Shown one piece after another: positions 19,693 to 29,988 of a DNA stretch of 64,000 nt (position 1 is the first letter of the stretch; each line of letters starts with the position of its first letter). The position numbers and the translations under genes were made by a program. The notes beneath the pieces were generated by a model. The model had not been told where the DNA came from and made no database searches. It saw only the letters and a program-made list of their open reading frames with translations. The stretch spans positions 128,001 through 192,000 of the forward strand of contig CAVTHS010000011.1 in the NCBI GenBank assembly GCA_963734535.1, written 5' to 3'. The stretch comes from an uncultured Chloroflexia bacterium (GTDB taxonomy: Bacteria; Chloroflexota; Limnocylindria; Limnocylindrales; CSP1-4).

Positions 19693-20886
19693 TCAGCCCG
19701 CCCAGGCCACGTGCCAGACCCGCCAGAGGGCGGTCGGGTCGGAGAGGGGATCGCCGTGGACGAGGCTGAAGTCCGCCGGCCCACCCTCGCGGATGACCCC
19801 GGCCTCCGGCTCGTCGAGCAGGTCGCCGCCGCGCCAGGTTGCGGCGCCGAGCGCCTCCCACGGCTCCAACCCGGCCGCCACCAGGCATTCCACCTCCCAC
19901 GCCAGGTGGTTCGCCCGGGTCGACCCGCCGCCGAAGTCCGTTCCGGTCGCGATGGCCACGCCCGCGGCGTGGGCAAGCCGAACGCTCTCCTCCGCCCGGG
20001 CCTGGCGCTCCAGGATCCGTGTTCGGCGCTCGGGAAGCGTGAAGCGCTCGATCGAGGTGGTGGTCGCGAAGCTGCGCCACGAGCGGAAGATCGCGAGCGT
20101 CGAGACGAGAACGGTGCCGCGCGCGGCCATCTCCGCGACGACGGCGGCATCGAGCTCCATCCCGTGCTCGATCGAGTCGACGCCGGCGGCGACGCCGACC
20201 CGCGCGCCCGCCAGGTCCCCGGAATGGGCCGTCACCTTGACGGCTCGCGCGTGCGCGGCAGCGATGACGGGCACCAGCTCGTCGGTGGACCAGGGGGCGA
20301 CGCCCGGCTCCGGCCCGTCCAGGTAGACCTTGAGCAGGTCGGCGCCGTCGTCGAGCTGGCCGATCGCGAGGCGTAGCAGCTCATCGGCGTCGCTGGCCTC
20401 CACGCTCCTGGGGCCGGGCATCGTGCCAGCGCGATCCAGCCACGACCCGGCCGCCCGGACGTGCGGGAAGCCCGCACGATCCCGCCACCGGTCGCGCACG
20501 CCCAGGCTGAGGGCGCGCAGGCGCCCGTCGACCGGATCCTCCACCCGCGGCGCCCCGACATCGCGCGCCCAGCGCACGCCCGCCGCGGTCATCAGGCGCC
20601 CGTTGCCCTCGGCGACGGCGAGGAGCCGCTCGGGCGGATCGTCGATGCGATCGATCCAGTGGGCGCCGCCAGGCAGGGTCACGTGGCTGTGGCAGTCGAC
20701 CATGCCTGGCACGAACGTCGAGCCGCTCGCGTCGACGAGGTCGGCTCCGCCCGGAACCTGGCCCTCGTCGTCGCGCGGACGGATCCATGCAATCACACCG
20801 TCCGCGACGAGGATGCTCGTGCCCGGCTGCAGACGATCCGAGCGCCCGTCGGCCAGGGCACCGTCCCGGTAGAGCGTCGTCTTCAT
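19693..20886 (-). CDS. Amidohydrolase family protein
   Basis: PGMVDCHSH, TAHS, SIEHG, GTDFG, ADFSLVHGDPL. Confidence 0.9.
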   Translation of the reverse strand: MKTTLYRDGALADGRSDRLQPGTSILVADGVIAWIRPRDDEGQVPGGADLVDASGSTFVPGMVDCHSHVTLPGGAHWIDRIDDPPERLLAVAEGNGRLMTAAGVRWARDVGAPRVEDPVDGRLRALSLGVRDRWRDRAGFPHVRAAGSWLDRAGTMPGPRSVEASDADELLRLAIGQLDDGADLLKVYLDGPEPGVAPWSTDELVPVIAAAHARAVKVTAHSGDLAGARVGVAAGVDSIEHGMELDAAVVAEMAARGTVLVSTLAIFRSWRSFATTTSIERFTLPERRTRILERQARAEESVRLAHAAGVAIATGTDFGGGSTRANHLAWEVECLVAAGLEPWEALGAATWRGGDLLDEPEAGVIREGGPADFSLVHGDPLSDPTALWRVWHVAWAG

Positions 20887-20914
20887 CGGTTGCTCCTGCT
20901 CAAGATGTGCCAGC

Positions 20915-22615
20915 CTATCCACCGGGCGCGAGGGCGCCCAGGCGCTCGGTGAGGCGCAGGTTCTCTCGGTAGTCGATGGGAACCTCCACCAGGCTCGGGC
21001 CGGGGTGGGCCAGGGCCCGCATCAGGGTCGGATAGAGGTCCTCGGCGGACGCGGGCCGGAACGCGGCAAGGCCGAACGATCGGGCGTAGGCCACGAAGTC
21101 GGGGTTCGTGAACGCCACCCCGAACGGGTGCCCGAACTCGGTGCGCTGCTTCCAGTCGATCAGCCCGTAGCCGTCATCGCGCCAGACGACCACCGTGACG
21201 TTCGCGCCGATCCGGCGGGCCGTCTCGAGCTCCTGTGAGTTCATGAGGAACCCGCCGTCGCCGCAGAGGGCGACGACGCGCCGATCCGGGTGGACGAGCT
21301 TCGCGGCGATGGCCCCCGGCACCGAGATTCCCATCGCGGCGAAGCCGTTGGAGATGATCACCGTGTTCGGTTCGTAGGCCTGGTACAGCCGCGCCACCCA
21401 GATCTTGTGCGCCCCGACGTCGCTGACAACGATGTCGGCCGGCTCGAGCGCGCGGCGAAGGTCGGCAATCGCCTTCTGTGGCCGGATCGGCCAGCCGTCG
21501 TCGTGCTCGTAGGCGCCCAGCTCCGCGAGCATCGCCGTGCGCAGGTCCTGGTGGACGAGCGTCTCGCGGGCCGCGTGGCGCTGGCCCGCGTCACGGCCGC
21601 CGATCCCGTAGGGGAGGACGGCCGCGAGCAATCGCCGCAACGTTCCGCCGATGTCGCCGATCAGCTCGACCTCGGGCTGGTAGGAGGCGTCGACCTCCGC
21701 CGGCTGCGTGTCGACGTGGACGATCCGCTTCTGCCGGTCCGGGTTCCAGCGAGACGGCGCGTACTCCACGAGGTCGTATCCGATCGACACGACGACGTCG
21801 GCTCGGTCGAAGCCCGACAGGACGTGATCGCGAGCCTGCATCCCGACGGCCATCAACGAGAGGTGGCTGCGATCGTCCACGGCGCCCTTGCCCATGAACG
21901 TCACCGCGACCGGGACGTGGAGCCCTTTCGCGAAGGCCCGCAGCTCCGCGGCGGCATGCCGCCGGATCACGCCGTTGCCGGCCAGCACGAGAGGCCGGCT
22001 CGACCCGGCGAGGAGCCGGGCCGCGTGGGCGATCGCCTCGTCGGTCGGCTCCGGGAAGTAGGCCTGCGACGGCTCGATGGGTCGGAGGGCGGCGTCGACC
22101 TCCATCGCCGCGATGTTCTCGGGCAGCTCGACGTGGGTCGGGCCCGGCTTCGCAAGCTGCGCCACGCGAAACGCCTTGCGCATGATCTCCGGGAGGGCGC
22201 CCGGCTGTCCGACGCGCTGGTTCCATTTCGTGACCGGCTCGAGCATCCGGACGATATCGACGAACTGGTGGGCTTCCTTGTGGATCTTGTCGGAACCGGC
22301 CTGCCCGGTCAGGGCGACCATGGGCGCCCTGTCGAGATGGGCGTCCGCGATCCCCGTGACCAGGTTGGTCGCGCCGGGACCCAGGGTTGACATCGCGACC
22401 GCCGCCCGGCCGGTCAGGCGCCCGTAGACGTCGGCCATGAACGCCGCACCCTGCTCGTGTCGGGTCGTGATGTGGCGGACGGCGTCCTGGCGGCTCAGCG
22501 CGTCCAGGACGTCCATCGTCTCCTCCCCGGGCACGGAGAAGACGTATTCGCACTCCTCCGCAGCGAGGCACTCGACCAGGAGGGAAGCTGCGGTTCGGGC
22601 GGGCGCGGGAGCCAT
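20915..22615 (-). CDS. ThDP-dependent acetolactate synthase large subunit-like enzyme
   Basis: VPGEE, RHEQGAAFMA, GPGATN, GDGGFLMNSQELET. Confidence 0.9.
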   Translation of the reverse strand: MAPAPARTAASLLVECLAAEECEYVFSVPGEETMDVLDALSRQDAVRHITTRHEQGAAFMADVYGRLTGRAAVAMSTLGPGATNLVTGIADAHLDRAPMVALTGQAGSDKIHKEAHQFVDIVRMLEPVTKWNQRVGQPGALPEIMRKAFRVAQLAKPGPTHVELPENIAAMEVDAALRPIEPSQAYFPEPTDEAIAHAARLLAGSSRPLVLAGNGVIRRHAAAELRAFAKGLHVPVAVTFMGKGAVDDRSHLSLMAVGMQARDHVLSGFDRADVVVSIGYDLVEYAPSRWNPDRQKRIVHVDTQPAEVDASYQPEVELIGDIGGTLRRLLAAVLPYGIGGRDAGQRHAARETLVHQDLRTAMLAELGAYEHDDGWPIRPQKAIADLRRALEPADIVVSDVGAHKIWVARLYQAYEPNTVIISNGFAAMGISVPGAIAAKLVHPDRRVVALCGDGGFLMNSQELETARRIGANVTVVVWRDDGYGLIDWKQRTEFGHPFGVAFTNPDFVAYARSFGLAAFRPASAEDLYPTLMRALAHPGPSLVEVPIDYRENLRLTERLGALAPGG

Positions 22616-22765
22616 GTCGGCGCGAGTCTACCGTCCCCGTCAGCGGGCCGGCCGGGACGCGCCAGGCGCGGCGTCCGCCTGGGACCCGGAGGACGCACGG
22701 GGCCGTGATCGCGAGGAGACCCCCGATCGCGGGGAGGCCCACGATCGCGCATGCTGGGCCGCGGT

Positions 22766-22792
22766 TGAACGTTTTGCCGGCGCCAGTCGTCT
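22766..22792 (+). promoter_or_regulatory. ECF-type (probably autoregulatory) promoter; start site would coincide with ATG 22800
   Basis: TGAAC-N17-CGTCT followed by 7 nt and ATG. Confidence 0.55.
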
Positions 22793-22799
22793 GGTGAGC

Positions 22800-23369
22800 A
22801 TGACCGGAATGGAGCGAGCTGCCGTGGTGAACATCGGGGGGCCGGACCGCGACCGTACGGGCGGCGTGCGATCGAGGACCTTTGCCGAGCTGCTTGATCG
22901 GCGCGTGATCGACGGCGCCTATCGCTATGCGACGCTGATGATGGGCAACCGCGCAGACGCGGAGGACGCGACGCACGACGCCGCCCTGACCGCGTGGCGT
23001 CACCTTGGCGAGCTGCGCGACCCGGCGAAGTTCGAGGCATGGTTCGGGCGGATCGTGGTCAATGCGTGCCGCGACCGCCTCCGCTCGCGTCGCCGGATGC
23101 CCCTGCGGGTTGCGCTGGACCCGGAGCTGTCCAGCCCCGACCCGAACAGCGGGTTCGCCCGGCGTGACGCCCTCGCAGACGCAATCCGGTCGCTGAGCGC
23201 AGATCATCGCGAGGCCGTCGTGCTGCGGTTCTTCGCGGACCTCACGGTTGACCAGATCGCTGCTCGGACCGGGGTCGGTGCCGGGACCGTCAAGTCTCGC
23301 CTCCACTACGCGCTGCGCGACCTTCGTGCGGCCGTCGACGCCGAAGACCAGGGGAGATCCAGGCCATGA
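22800..23369 (+). CDS. ECF RNA polymerase sigma factor
   Basis: DAEDATHD region 2; LRDPAKFEAWFGRIVVNACRD; GTVKSRLHYA region 4. Confidence 0.92.
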   Translation: MTGMERAAVVNIGGPDRDRTGGVRSRTFAELLDRRVIDGAYRYATLMMGNRADAEDATHDAALTAWRHLGELRDPAKFEAWFGRIVVNACRDRLRSRRRMPLRVALDPELSSPDPNSGFARRDALADAIRSLSADHREAVVLRFFADLTVDQIAARTGVGAGTVKSRLHYALRDLRAAVDAEDQGRSRP

Positions 23370-24748
23370 AGAGCGACGAGTCCTTCGAGCGCGACGTGCG
23401 TGCCTCACTCCTCTCGTCTGCCGACGAGCACGCGCCGGACGACCTCGTGGCGCGCATCGGGGAGATCCCTGCCCGGCAGCCGTCCCCATCGGCTGGCAGG
23501 GGTGGGCTGCACCTCGCCGCGCGCGCGGTCGTGAATCTTGCCGCCGCCGCGGTCGTCGTGGTCGCGGTCGCGGCGCTGATCGTGACGCGGAACGGGAGCC
23601 TGCCCCCGGGCGCGCAGCCGTCGGGATCGGCAAACCTGCCCACGGCAAGCGCCCCGACCGCGACGCCGGCCGCCTCGGCGTCCCCCTCGCTCGCGTCGCC
23701 CGCACCATCCGCGACGCCGACCGGTGCATCGGCCGCGCCGACCTCGATCCTCGGGCTCAGCCCCGTCTCGGTGACCTTCGTGTCGGCCACGGACGGCTGG
23801 GTGCTCGGGAAGGGCACGTGCCCGAGTGGATCCTGCGCGGCGATCATGCGGACCGCGGACGCCGGGCGCACCTGGACAGCGATCCCGGCACCCGATGCGC
23901 CGATCTTCCCCAGTCCCAGCCAGGTGACGCCGGGCATCAGCAGCATCCGCTTCGCCGACGCGCGCAACGGGTGGGCGTACGGGCCGGATCTCTGGACGAC
24001 TCACGACGGCGGGGCCACGTGGGCCCGCCTGACGATCGCGGGGCTCGCCGCCGATTCCTCGGTCGTCGCCCTCGAAGCGGGAAACGGGTCGGTTCACGCG
24101 GCCGTGCTCGACGGACAGGGCTTTCGCATCGCGACGGCCGCGGTCGGAACGGACGACTTCCGCCTGTCCGCGGTTCGCGTCCCCGTGGGAGCGGGGCCGG
24201 TCCCCGCGGTGCAGCTGGTCCTTTCCGGGGCTGCCGGCTGGCTGCTCGAGAACGACCGGACGGTCGTCGGCGGTGCCCGCCTCGTCAACGGCGCCTGGGT
24301 CGCCTGGCAGCCGCCATGCCTCGACGTGGTGGGCCCGGCGTACCTCGCGGCGTCCAGCTCGACCGAGCTGGCGGCAGCCTGCGACGTGGGGCTCTGGGGC
24401 AGCCCGACGGGCAGCCACCTGTTCGTGTCGCATGACGGTGGCGCCACGTTCGCCGAGGCGGCGACGGCCGTGCCGCTGACCATGACCGGCCAGGTCACCG
24501 CGGCGTCGGCGTCCGTGACCGTGGTCGGCGGCACCGACGCGTCCGGAACCGTCCTCGTCGCGACGTTCGATGCCGGGCGGACATGGTCCGTGGTCGCACG
24601 GCTCGGGATGGCCGGCCTCGGTGACCTGGGGTTCACCACGCCGACGCAGGGCGTGCTGATCGCCACCTTCGCCAACGCGCCGGCGACGTTCTGGATGACC
24701 CGCGATGGGGGCCGCACGTGGAGCGTCGTCGGGGCTGCCGGGGGCTGA
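23366..24748 (+). CDS. Putative anti-sigma factor: one TM helix, P/S/A linker, extracellular Asp-box (BNR) beta-propeller
   Basis: ATGA overlap with the sigma gene; five Asp-box motifs (TADAGRTW, THDGGATW, SHDGGATF, TFDAGRTW, TRDGGRTW). Confidence 0.7.
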   Translation: MKSDESFERDVRASLLSSADEHAPDDLVARIGEIPARQPSPSAGRGGLHLAARAVVNLAAAAVVVVAVAALIVTRNGSLPPGAQPSGSANLPTASAPTATPAASASPSLASPAPSATPTGASAAPTSILGLSPVSVTFVSATDGWVLGKGTCPSGSCAAIMRTADAGRTWTAIPAPDAPIFPSPSQVTPGISSIRFADARNGWAYGPDLWTTHDGGATWARLTIAGLAADSSVVALEAGNGSVHAAVLDGQGFRIATAAVGTDDFRLSAVRVPVGAGPVPAVQLVLSGAAGWLLENDRTVVGGARLVNGAWVAWQPPCLDVVGPAYLAASSSTELAAACDVGLWGSPTGSHLFVSHDGGATFAEAATAVPLTMTGQVTAASASVTVVGGTDASGTVLVATFDAGRTWSVVARLGMAGLGDLGFTTPTQGVLIATFANAPATFWMTRDGGRTWSVVGAAGG

Positions 24749-24859
24749 TCGCGGTGCTGGCGGTCCGGCCGACGCCCGCCGCTGGGCGGACGCCCGGGCT
24801 GCGGCAACGCCGGGAGCGTGACCGACGCCCGGGGGCTCCGGCCGTCGCCGGCCGTACCC

Positions 24860-26470
24860 TCAGGACACCATCACGAGGATCCGGTGGTGCCCGCGTGCCC
24901 CGTCGGGGGCGGGATCGGAGCGCTGGTCCGTCTGGACGTCCCCGCTTCCGTCCGTGGCGCGGACCTCCAGGTTGTGCGCGCCGGGCGTGGCGGTCCAGGC
25001 CAGCGTCCACTGGACCCAGGTTGCCGTCGAGATCGGCCGGCTGATCCGGGCCGCCTGCCAGGACCCGTCGTCGATCTTCACCTCGACCGCGGTGATCCCG
25101 CGGTCGGGCGCCCAGGCGACGCCCGCGATGGCAACCACGCCCGCCCGCACCGAGGCACCGTCGGCCGGCACGTCGATCCGTGACTGGGTCAGGATGGGCC
25201 CGTCCTTGGCCCAGCCGAGGGGCACCCAGTAGCCATCGACCGCCTCGCGGGTCGTGAGCTCGATCTCCGAGAGCCACTTGGTCGCCGAGACGTAGCCGTA
25301 GAGCCCGGGCACGATGAGGCGGGCCGGGAAGCCGTGGTTGGTCGGCAGCGGCTGGCGGTTCATGCCGACCGCGATCATCGGCTCCCGCCCGGGCGCCATC
25401 GCCCAGGCCGTCGGGAACCCCACCGTGAAGCCGTCGACCGAGCGCCCCACGATCTGGGTCGCGCCGGGAGCGACGCCTGCGCTCTCCAGCACGTCCTTGA
25501 GGCGCACCCCGGTCCACAGGGCGTTTCCCACCAGGTGGTCGCCGACCCGGTTGCTGACGCAGGCGATCGTGACGTACTGCTCGTAGAGGGGCATCGCGAG
25601 CAGCTCGTCGTAGGTGAACGTGAGGGGATGCGCGACCATGCCTTTCACGTCCAGCTTCCAGGTGGCGGGGTCCACGCGCGGGACGAGCAGCGTCGTGTCG
25701 ATCTTGTAGAAGTCGGCGTTCGGGATCACGAGCGGCGTGATGCCCGGGACCGCCAGCGCCTGGTCGGCCGCGAGCGGAGAAACCGCGAGGAACGGGGCCG
25801 GGATCTTCGAGGAGCTCACGACCGCGTCGGCATGCTGCACGTCGATGAGCGACCGGCCCACCCCGCCCGCGACGATGACGCCACCGAGCGTGCCTGCGCT
25901 CGCGATCAGGAATCGGCGACGGTTCCACTCGGGGCTCTCGAAGGCCGTGACCGGGTCGTCGGTGCCGCGCCGGGCGGCGGCGGCGCTCGCGAGCCCGAGC
26001 AGGCCCAGCAGCGTGACGATGCCCGCGCTCACCGCGACGGCGGCATTGCCCACGGCGAGCGCCTGTGACGCGAGGGGGTCGCGGAGCGCGGCCGCGCCCG
26101 CGAGAAGCCCGACCGCCCCGAACGTGACCACCCCCAGCCAGCGCCGTCGCGCCGCGAGGATGCCGGCGAGGGCGGCGAGCACCAGCGCGACGACGACCAC
26201 GGCGACGTTGAGGGCGACCTTGTCGTTGGTCCCGAACAGATTGACCACGAGGTCCTTGGCGCCGGGTGGCTGCAGGCTGATCACCAGCGACCCGATCGCC
26301 GCGACCAGGGAGGGCGCGCCCTGGACCAGGCCCGCGACAAGCTCGGACGCCGCGATCGCCACGCCCGCAGCGAGGGCCCCTGCGACGGCGCCGGGCCAGC
26401 GAAAGGAGAGGCGTCCCAGCCGGGCCGGATGGCGACCGGGCATCGGGCCCGGCGCGTTCGTGGCGTCCAT
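24860..26470 (-). CDS. Membrane-anchored molybdopterin-dependent oxidoreductase (sulfite oxidase family)
   Basis: N-terminal TM helices, RRRFL, TIACVSN, HGFPARLIVPGLYGYVSATKWL, YWVPLGW. Confidence 0.9.
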   Translation of the reverse strand: MDATNAPGPMPGRHPARLGRLSFRWPGAVAGALAAGVAIAASELVAGLVQGAPSLVAAIGSLVISLQPPGAKDLVVNLFGTNDKVALNVAVVVVALVLAALAGILAARRRWLGVVTFGAVGLLAGAAALRDPLASQALAVGNAAVAVSAGIVTLLGLLGLASAAAARRGTDDPVTAFESPEWNRRRFLIASAGTLGGVIVAGGVGRSLIDVQHADAVVSSSKIPAPFLAVSPLAADQALAVPGITPLVIPNADFYKIDTTLLVPRVDPATWKLDVKGMVAHPLTFTYDELLAMPLYEQYVTIACVSNRVGDHLVGNALWTGVRLKDVLESAGVAPGATQIVGRSVDGFTVGFPTAWAMAPGREPMIAVGMNRQPLPTNHGFPARLIVPGLYGYVSATKWLSEIELTTREAVDGYWVPLGWAKDGPILTQSRIDVPADGASVRAGVVAIAGVAWAPDRGITAVEVKIDDGSWQAARISRPISTATWVQWTLAWTATPGAHNLEVRATDGSGDVQTDQRSDPAPDGARGHHRILVMVS

Positions 26471-26475
26471 CGCGA

Positions 26476-26853
26476 TCAGCCGCGCTCCACCCACGTGGCC
26501 CGCCACTCGGGCGCGGGGAACGGCTTTGCCCAGTACACGGTCTCGCGGACGATCCGGCCGTCGCGACACTCGAAGATGAAGACGACCTGGTACGTCTCGG
26601 TGCCGTAGTCGAGCACCGCCTCCATGGTCACCAGGTCGCCGGAGGAGACGGTGCGGTAGGGGGTGATCGTCGGGAGCGATGGGAAGGCGCGGTAGATGCC
26701 CTGGCGGTTCGCCCTGCCCCGGATGATCTCGCCGGACTGCGGCCAGGAAAGGACGGAGTCGTCGACGAACACCTCGTTCATGACCTCGACGTCCTTCGCG
26801 TTGAGGCCCGCCACCAGGCGTTCGACGGCGCGCACGTTGGCGGTTTCGCTCAT
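26476..26853 (-). CDS. SnoaL/NTF2-like protein
   Basis: WPQSGEIIRGRAN...DGRIVRETVYWAKPFPAPEWRA. Confidence 0.85.
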   Translation of the reverse strand: MSETANVRAVERLVAGLNAKDVEVMNEVFVDDSVLSWPQSGEIIRGRANRQGIYRAFPSLPTITPYRTVSSGDLVTMEAVLDYGTETYQVVFIFECRDGRIVRETVYWAKPFPAPEWRATWVERG

Positions 26854-27108
26854 CCGGCAACCCCCCTTCGTGTTTGAGCGCCTGGACAACGCGGGTCCGG
26901 TCGCGGTCCCGCCGCGTCGTCCGCCGGCGCGCTCCGCTTCCGCGATCGTACGCCGGAGTCGCCCGATCGTCGTTCCTGGCCTCCGGTCGAGGACCCGCCC
27001 CGTGCTGTCGGCGCCCCGACGACCCTCGCCGGCATGGCCGGCCCGCGATACCCTGACGCTGGAACGGCCGGCCGATCCGGCCAGGTCCGGGTCGAAGGGG
27101 GGTTCGGC

Positions 27109-27810
27109 ATGCGGAGCATCGGTCCCACCCTTCCCGGCCGCGTGCTCGTCCTGGTCCCGGCATTCAACGAGGCTGGGCGGATCGGTGCCGTCGTGCGAGG
27201 GGCGCGCGTCCATGTGCCGGTCCTCGTGGTCGACGATGGGTCGACGGACGCCACCGCAGCCGAGGGCGAGGAAGCCGGCGCCAGCGTCCTTGTCCAGCGC
27301 CCGAACCAGGGCAAGGGTGCCGCGTTGCGGGCCGGATTCCGCTGGGCGCTCGAGCGCGGCTTCGAGGCCGTGGTGACGCTCGACGGCGACGGCCAGCACG
27401 ATCCCGCCTCGATCCCCGCCTTCCTGACGGCGCGGACCATCGCCGGCGACGTGCTGGTCATCGGCTGCCGCGACTTCCGGCGGATGCCCCTGTCGCGCAG
27501 GCTGGCCAACTCCGCCGGCGGCCGGGCGTTCTCGTGGGCGGTCGGCCGCGACATCCCCGACAACCAGTCCGGGTATCGGCTGATCGACCGGCGGCTCATG
27601 GTCGCCCTGCTGGCCAGCCGGGAGACGGGCTTCGCGTTCGAGGTCGAGATGATCACCACCTGCATCCGCGGCGGGTGGCCGATGGCATGGGTGCCGATCG
27701 GCACGATCTATGCGGGCGAGCACAGTCACATCCGGCCCCTCCGGCACCTCGTGAGCTTCATTCGTGTCGTACGGCAGGCACGACAAACTGTTCGGCTGCC
27801 ACTCCCGTAG
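27109..27810 (+). CDS. Glycosyltransferase family 2 (DPM1-like)
   Basis: VPAFNE, VVDDGSTD, NQGKG, LDGDGQH, DNQSGYR. Confidence 0.92.
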   Translation: MRSIGPTLPGRVLVLVPAFNEAGRIGAVVRGARVHVPVLVVDDGSTDATAAEGEEAGASVLVQRPNQGKGAALRAGFRWALERGFEAVVTLDGDGQHDPASIPAFLTARTIAGDVLVIGCRDFRRMPLSRRLANSAGGRAFSWAVGRDIPDNQSGYRLIDRRLMVALLASRETGFAFEVEMITTCIRGGWPMAWVPIGTIYAGEHSHIRPLRHLVSFIRVVRQARQTVRLPLP

Positions 27811-27989
27811 CCAGGGTGTCAGTCGGCGGTGGCGCCCGGGGTGGGCGGCAGTCGCTCTCCGGTCGGGTCGGGTGCCGTTGCGCAACGGAGATACGAGCAA
27901 CCCGGGCGGCATCCGGACCCGGAGGCCGGTCGCCGCGGCCAGCGCCGGCGGCCCGCGCGGCCCGGTCGAGCGGCCTACCCTAGGCGACG

Positions 27990-28649
27990 ATGCCCCGCCC
28001 CAGGACCGCCCGCGTTCCATCGGCAACCCCGGGCGCCGCGCCCGGAGCCCCGGCCCGCTGGCCGCGATCGGCCAAGGTCGCCTTCATCGGCTCGCACGGG
28101 ATCCGCAAGACGAGCGCCGTGCTTGCGTTCGCGGCGACCGTCCAACGCGCGGGCTGCTCGGCGGAGCTGGCCCGCGAAGTTGTTCGTGACAACCCGCTCG
28201 GGATCAACGAGGGCGCCACCGGGGAAGCGCAGCTGTGGGTGCTCGTCTCGCAGATCCGGCAGGAGCTCGAGCTGGCCCGCAAGGCCGACGTCCTCGTGAC
28301 TGATCGCGGCGTGATGGACAACTTCGGCTACTACCTTCGGGCCTGCGGCGGGGCCGACCGGTACGCGGTGGAGCCGCTCGTCCGCAGCTGGTCCGGGACG
28401 TACGACCTGGTGGTCCGGCTCCTGCCGGACATCGAGCTCCAGCCGGATGGGGTCCGGAGCACGAATGACGCGTTTCGCGACGAGGTCGAGGAGATCCTCG
28501 ATCGCGTCCTTCCGACGCTGGTGGAGACGGGCCGGCTGGTCACGCTCCGCGCGTCGGAGGTGACGAGCCGCTACGACTGGTGGGCGCTGCTGGAGCGGCT
28601 GGCCGCGTCCGTCGGTGCCCTGATTCGCCCGCCGACCATCTGGACGTAG
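27990..28649 (+). CDS. P-loop NTPase/kinase (AAA_28/NadR-like)
   Basis: FIGSHGIRKTS Walker A variant; TDRGVMDN; YDLVV; PDGVR. Confidence 0.7.
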   Translation: MPRPRTARVPSATPGAAPGAPARWPRSAKVAFIGSHGIRKTSAVLAFAATVQRAGCSAELAREVVRDNPLGINEGATGEAQLWVLVSQIRQELELARKADVLVTDRGVMDNFGYYLRACGGADRYAVEPLVRSWSGTYDLVVRLLPDIELQPDGVRSTNDAFRDEVEEILDRVLPTLVETGRLVTLRASEVTSRYDWWALLERLAASVGALIRPPTIWT

Positions 28650-28743
28650 CGCCGCCGCGATCCGCCAGGCGGCATCCCGGAGTGCCGGCCCGGCGGCATC
28701 GCGAACGACCGGCCCCACCCGTGGCGCCGCCGCCACCCGCCGC

Positions 28744-29988
28744 TCAGAACATCGTGCTGCACCAGGGTGCCCGCGCGGCCGCGAACAGCGCGTCGGCGCG
28801 GAGGAGCGCCCCGGCGGTGCTCTCGACGACGCGCCCCACCCGCGCGAGCTCCGAGAACCGGAAGGTGCCGAGATACGTCGCGCCGAGGTCGGCCGCGTCG
28901 AGCGTGACGTCCGGCTCGGCGGTCGTGGATTCCACGCGTCCACTCCCATCGTCGCCGACGTCGAGACGCCAGCGACCGGCATTCCACGGGCAGAAGCCGT
29001 CCCGGACCTCGAGCACGAGCGAGCCCGCGCGCCCGTAGGTGCGCGCCGCCAGCGCGGCCGGGACGTCCACGACCCGGAGCCAGATCGCGTCGCCGACCGT
29101 GAAGCCCAGGCGGCGCGGATCCGCGAGCAGCAGCTGGAGCGGGTGCGGGACGGGACCGCGGACGGCGCGAACCAGCCGGACCAGGTCCACCTCGAAGAGC
29201 CACCTCCAGAGGTCGCGGGTCGCCCGCGGCGTCGTCGCCAGCACCTCCAACGCGACGAGCCGGCCATTCGGGCCCCGGTCGTCCCAGTCGGGCTTGACGC
29301 GGTAGAGGGCGGTCCCTTCCACCTGCCCGTCCGCTTCGTACACGGCGAGGAACTTCATGCCGTTCACGCCACGCATGTGATCGGTGTCACGGAGCGTGAT
29401 CCAGCGCCACCACGTCTCGCTGCGGCCCACCATCCCCGGCGTCTCGACCCGCACCCGGTCAAAGAGCGCGGGGAAGAGGCCCAGCGCCGTCTCGAGGTCG
29501 ACGAGGCGGACGGTTCCCTCGATGGGAGCCTGCCGCGCGAAGCCGGCGGCTCCCCGCTCGATCTCGAAGGTCCCGCTGAGCGTGGCCAGGCCGTACCCGA
29601 ATCGCTGGTAGATGGCGCCCTCGGAGGCCCACAGGATCGCGAGGGACTCGCCCCGGGAGTGGATGTCGTCGAGCTGGTGGCGCATCATCGAGCGCAGGAT
29701 GCCGCGCCGGCGGTGGGAGGGGCTGACCCCGACGAGCGTCACGCCCGCGGCGGCCGCCTCGCCGCCCGGCACGCTCATGCGGAACGTCAGGGCCCCGGCC
29801 GACGCGACCGGCTGCGTGCCGTCGAACGCCGCGATGATCCGGTCCGGCTCCCAGGTTCGGCGTTCCTCGTCGCCCGGGTCCGGCATGTCCGCGAAGGCGA
29901 GGTTGAGCGGGGCGACGAACGCCTCGACCGTCTCGAGGGTCGCCGTCCGGATGGGATACCGGTCCGCCGTCCCCGGCGTGTCCATCAT
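28744..29988 (-). CDS. Eis-family GNAT acetyltransferase with SCP2-like C-terminus
   Basis: VGVSPSHRRRGILR; LWASEGAIYQRFGYG; WLRVVDVPAALAARTY. Confidence 0.92.
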   Translation of the reverse strand: MMDTPGTADRYPIRTATLETVEAFVAPLNLAFADMPDPGDEERRTWEPDRIIAAFDGTQPVASAGALTFRMSVPGGEAAAAGVTLVGVSPSHRRRGILRSMMRHQLDDIHSRGESLAILWASEGAIYQRFGYGLATLSGTFEIERGAAGFARQAPIEGTVRLVDLETALGLFPALFDRVRVETPGMVGRSETWWRWITLRDTDHMRGVNGMKFLAVYEADGQVEGTALYRVKPDWDDRGPNGRLVALEVLATTPRATRDLWRWLFEVDLVRLVRAVRGPVPHPLQLLLADPRRLGFTVGDAIWLRVVDVPAALAARTYGRAGSLVLEVRDGFCPWNAGRWRLDVGDDGSGRVESTTAEPDVTLDAADLGATYLGTFRFSELARVGRVVESTAGALLRADALFAAARAPWCSTMF

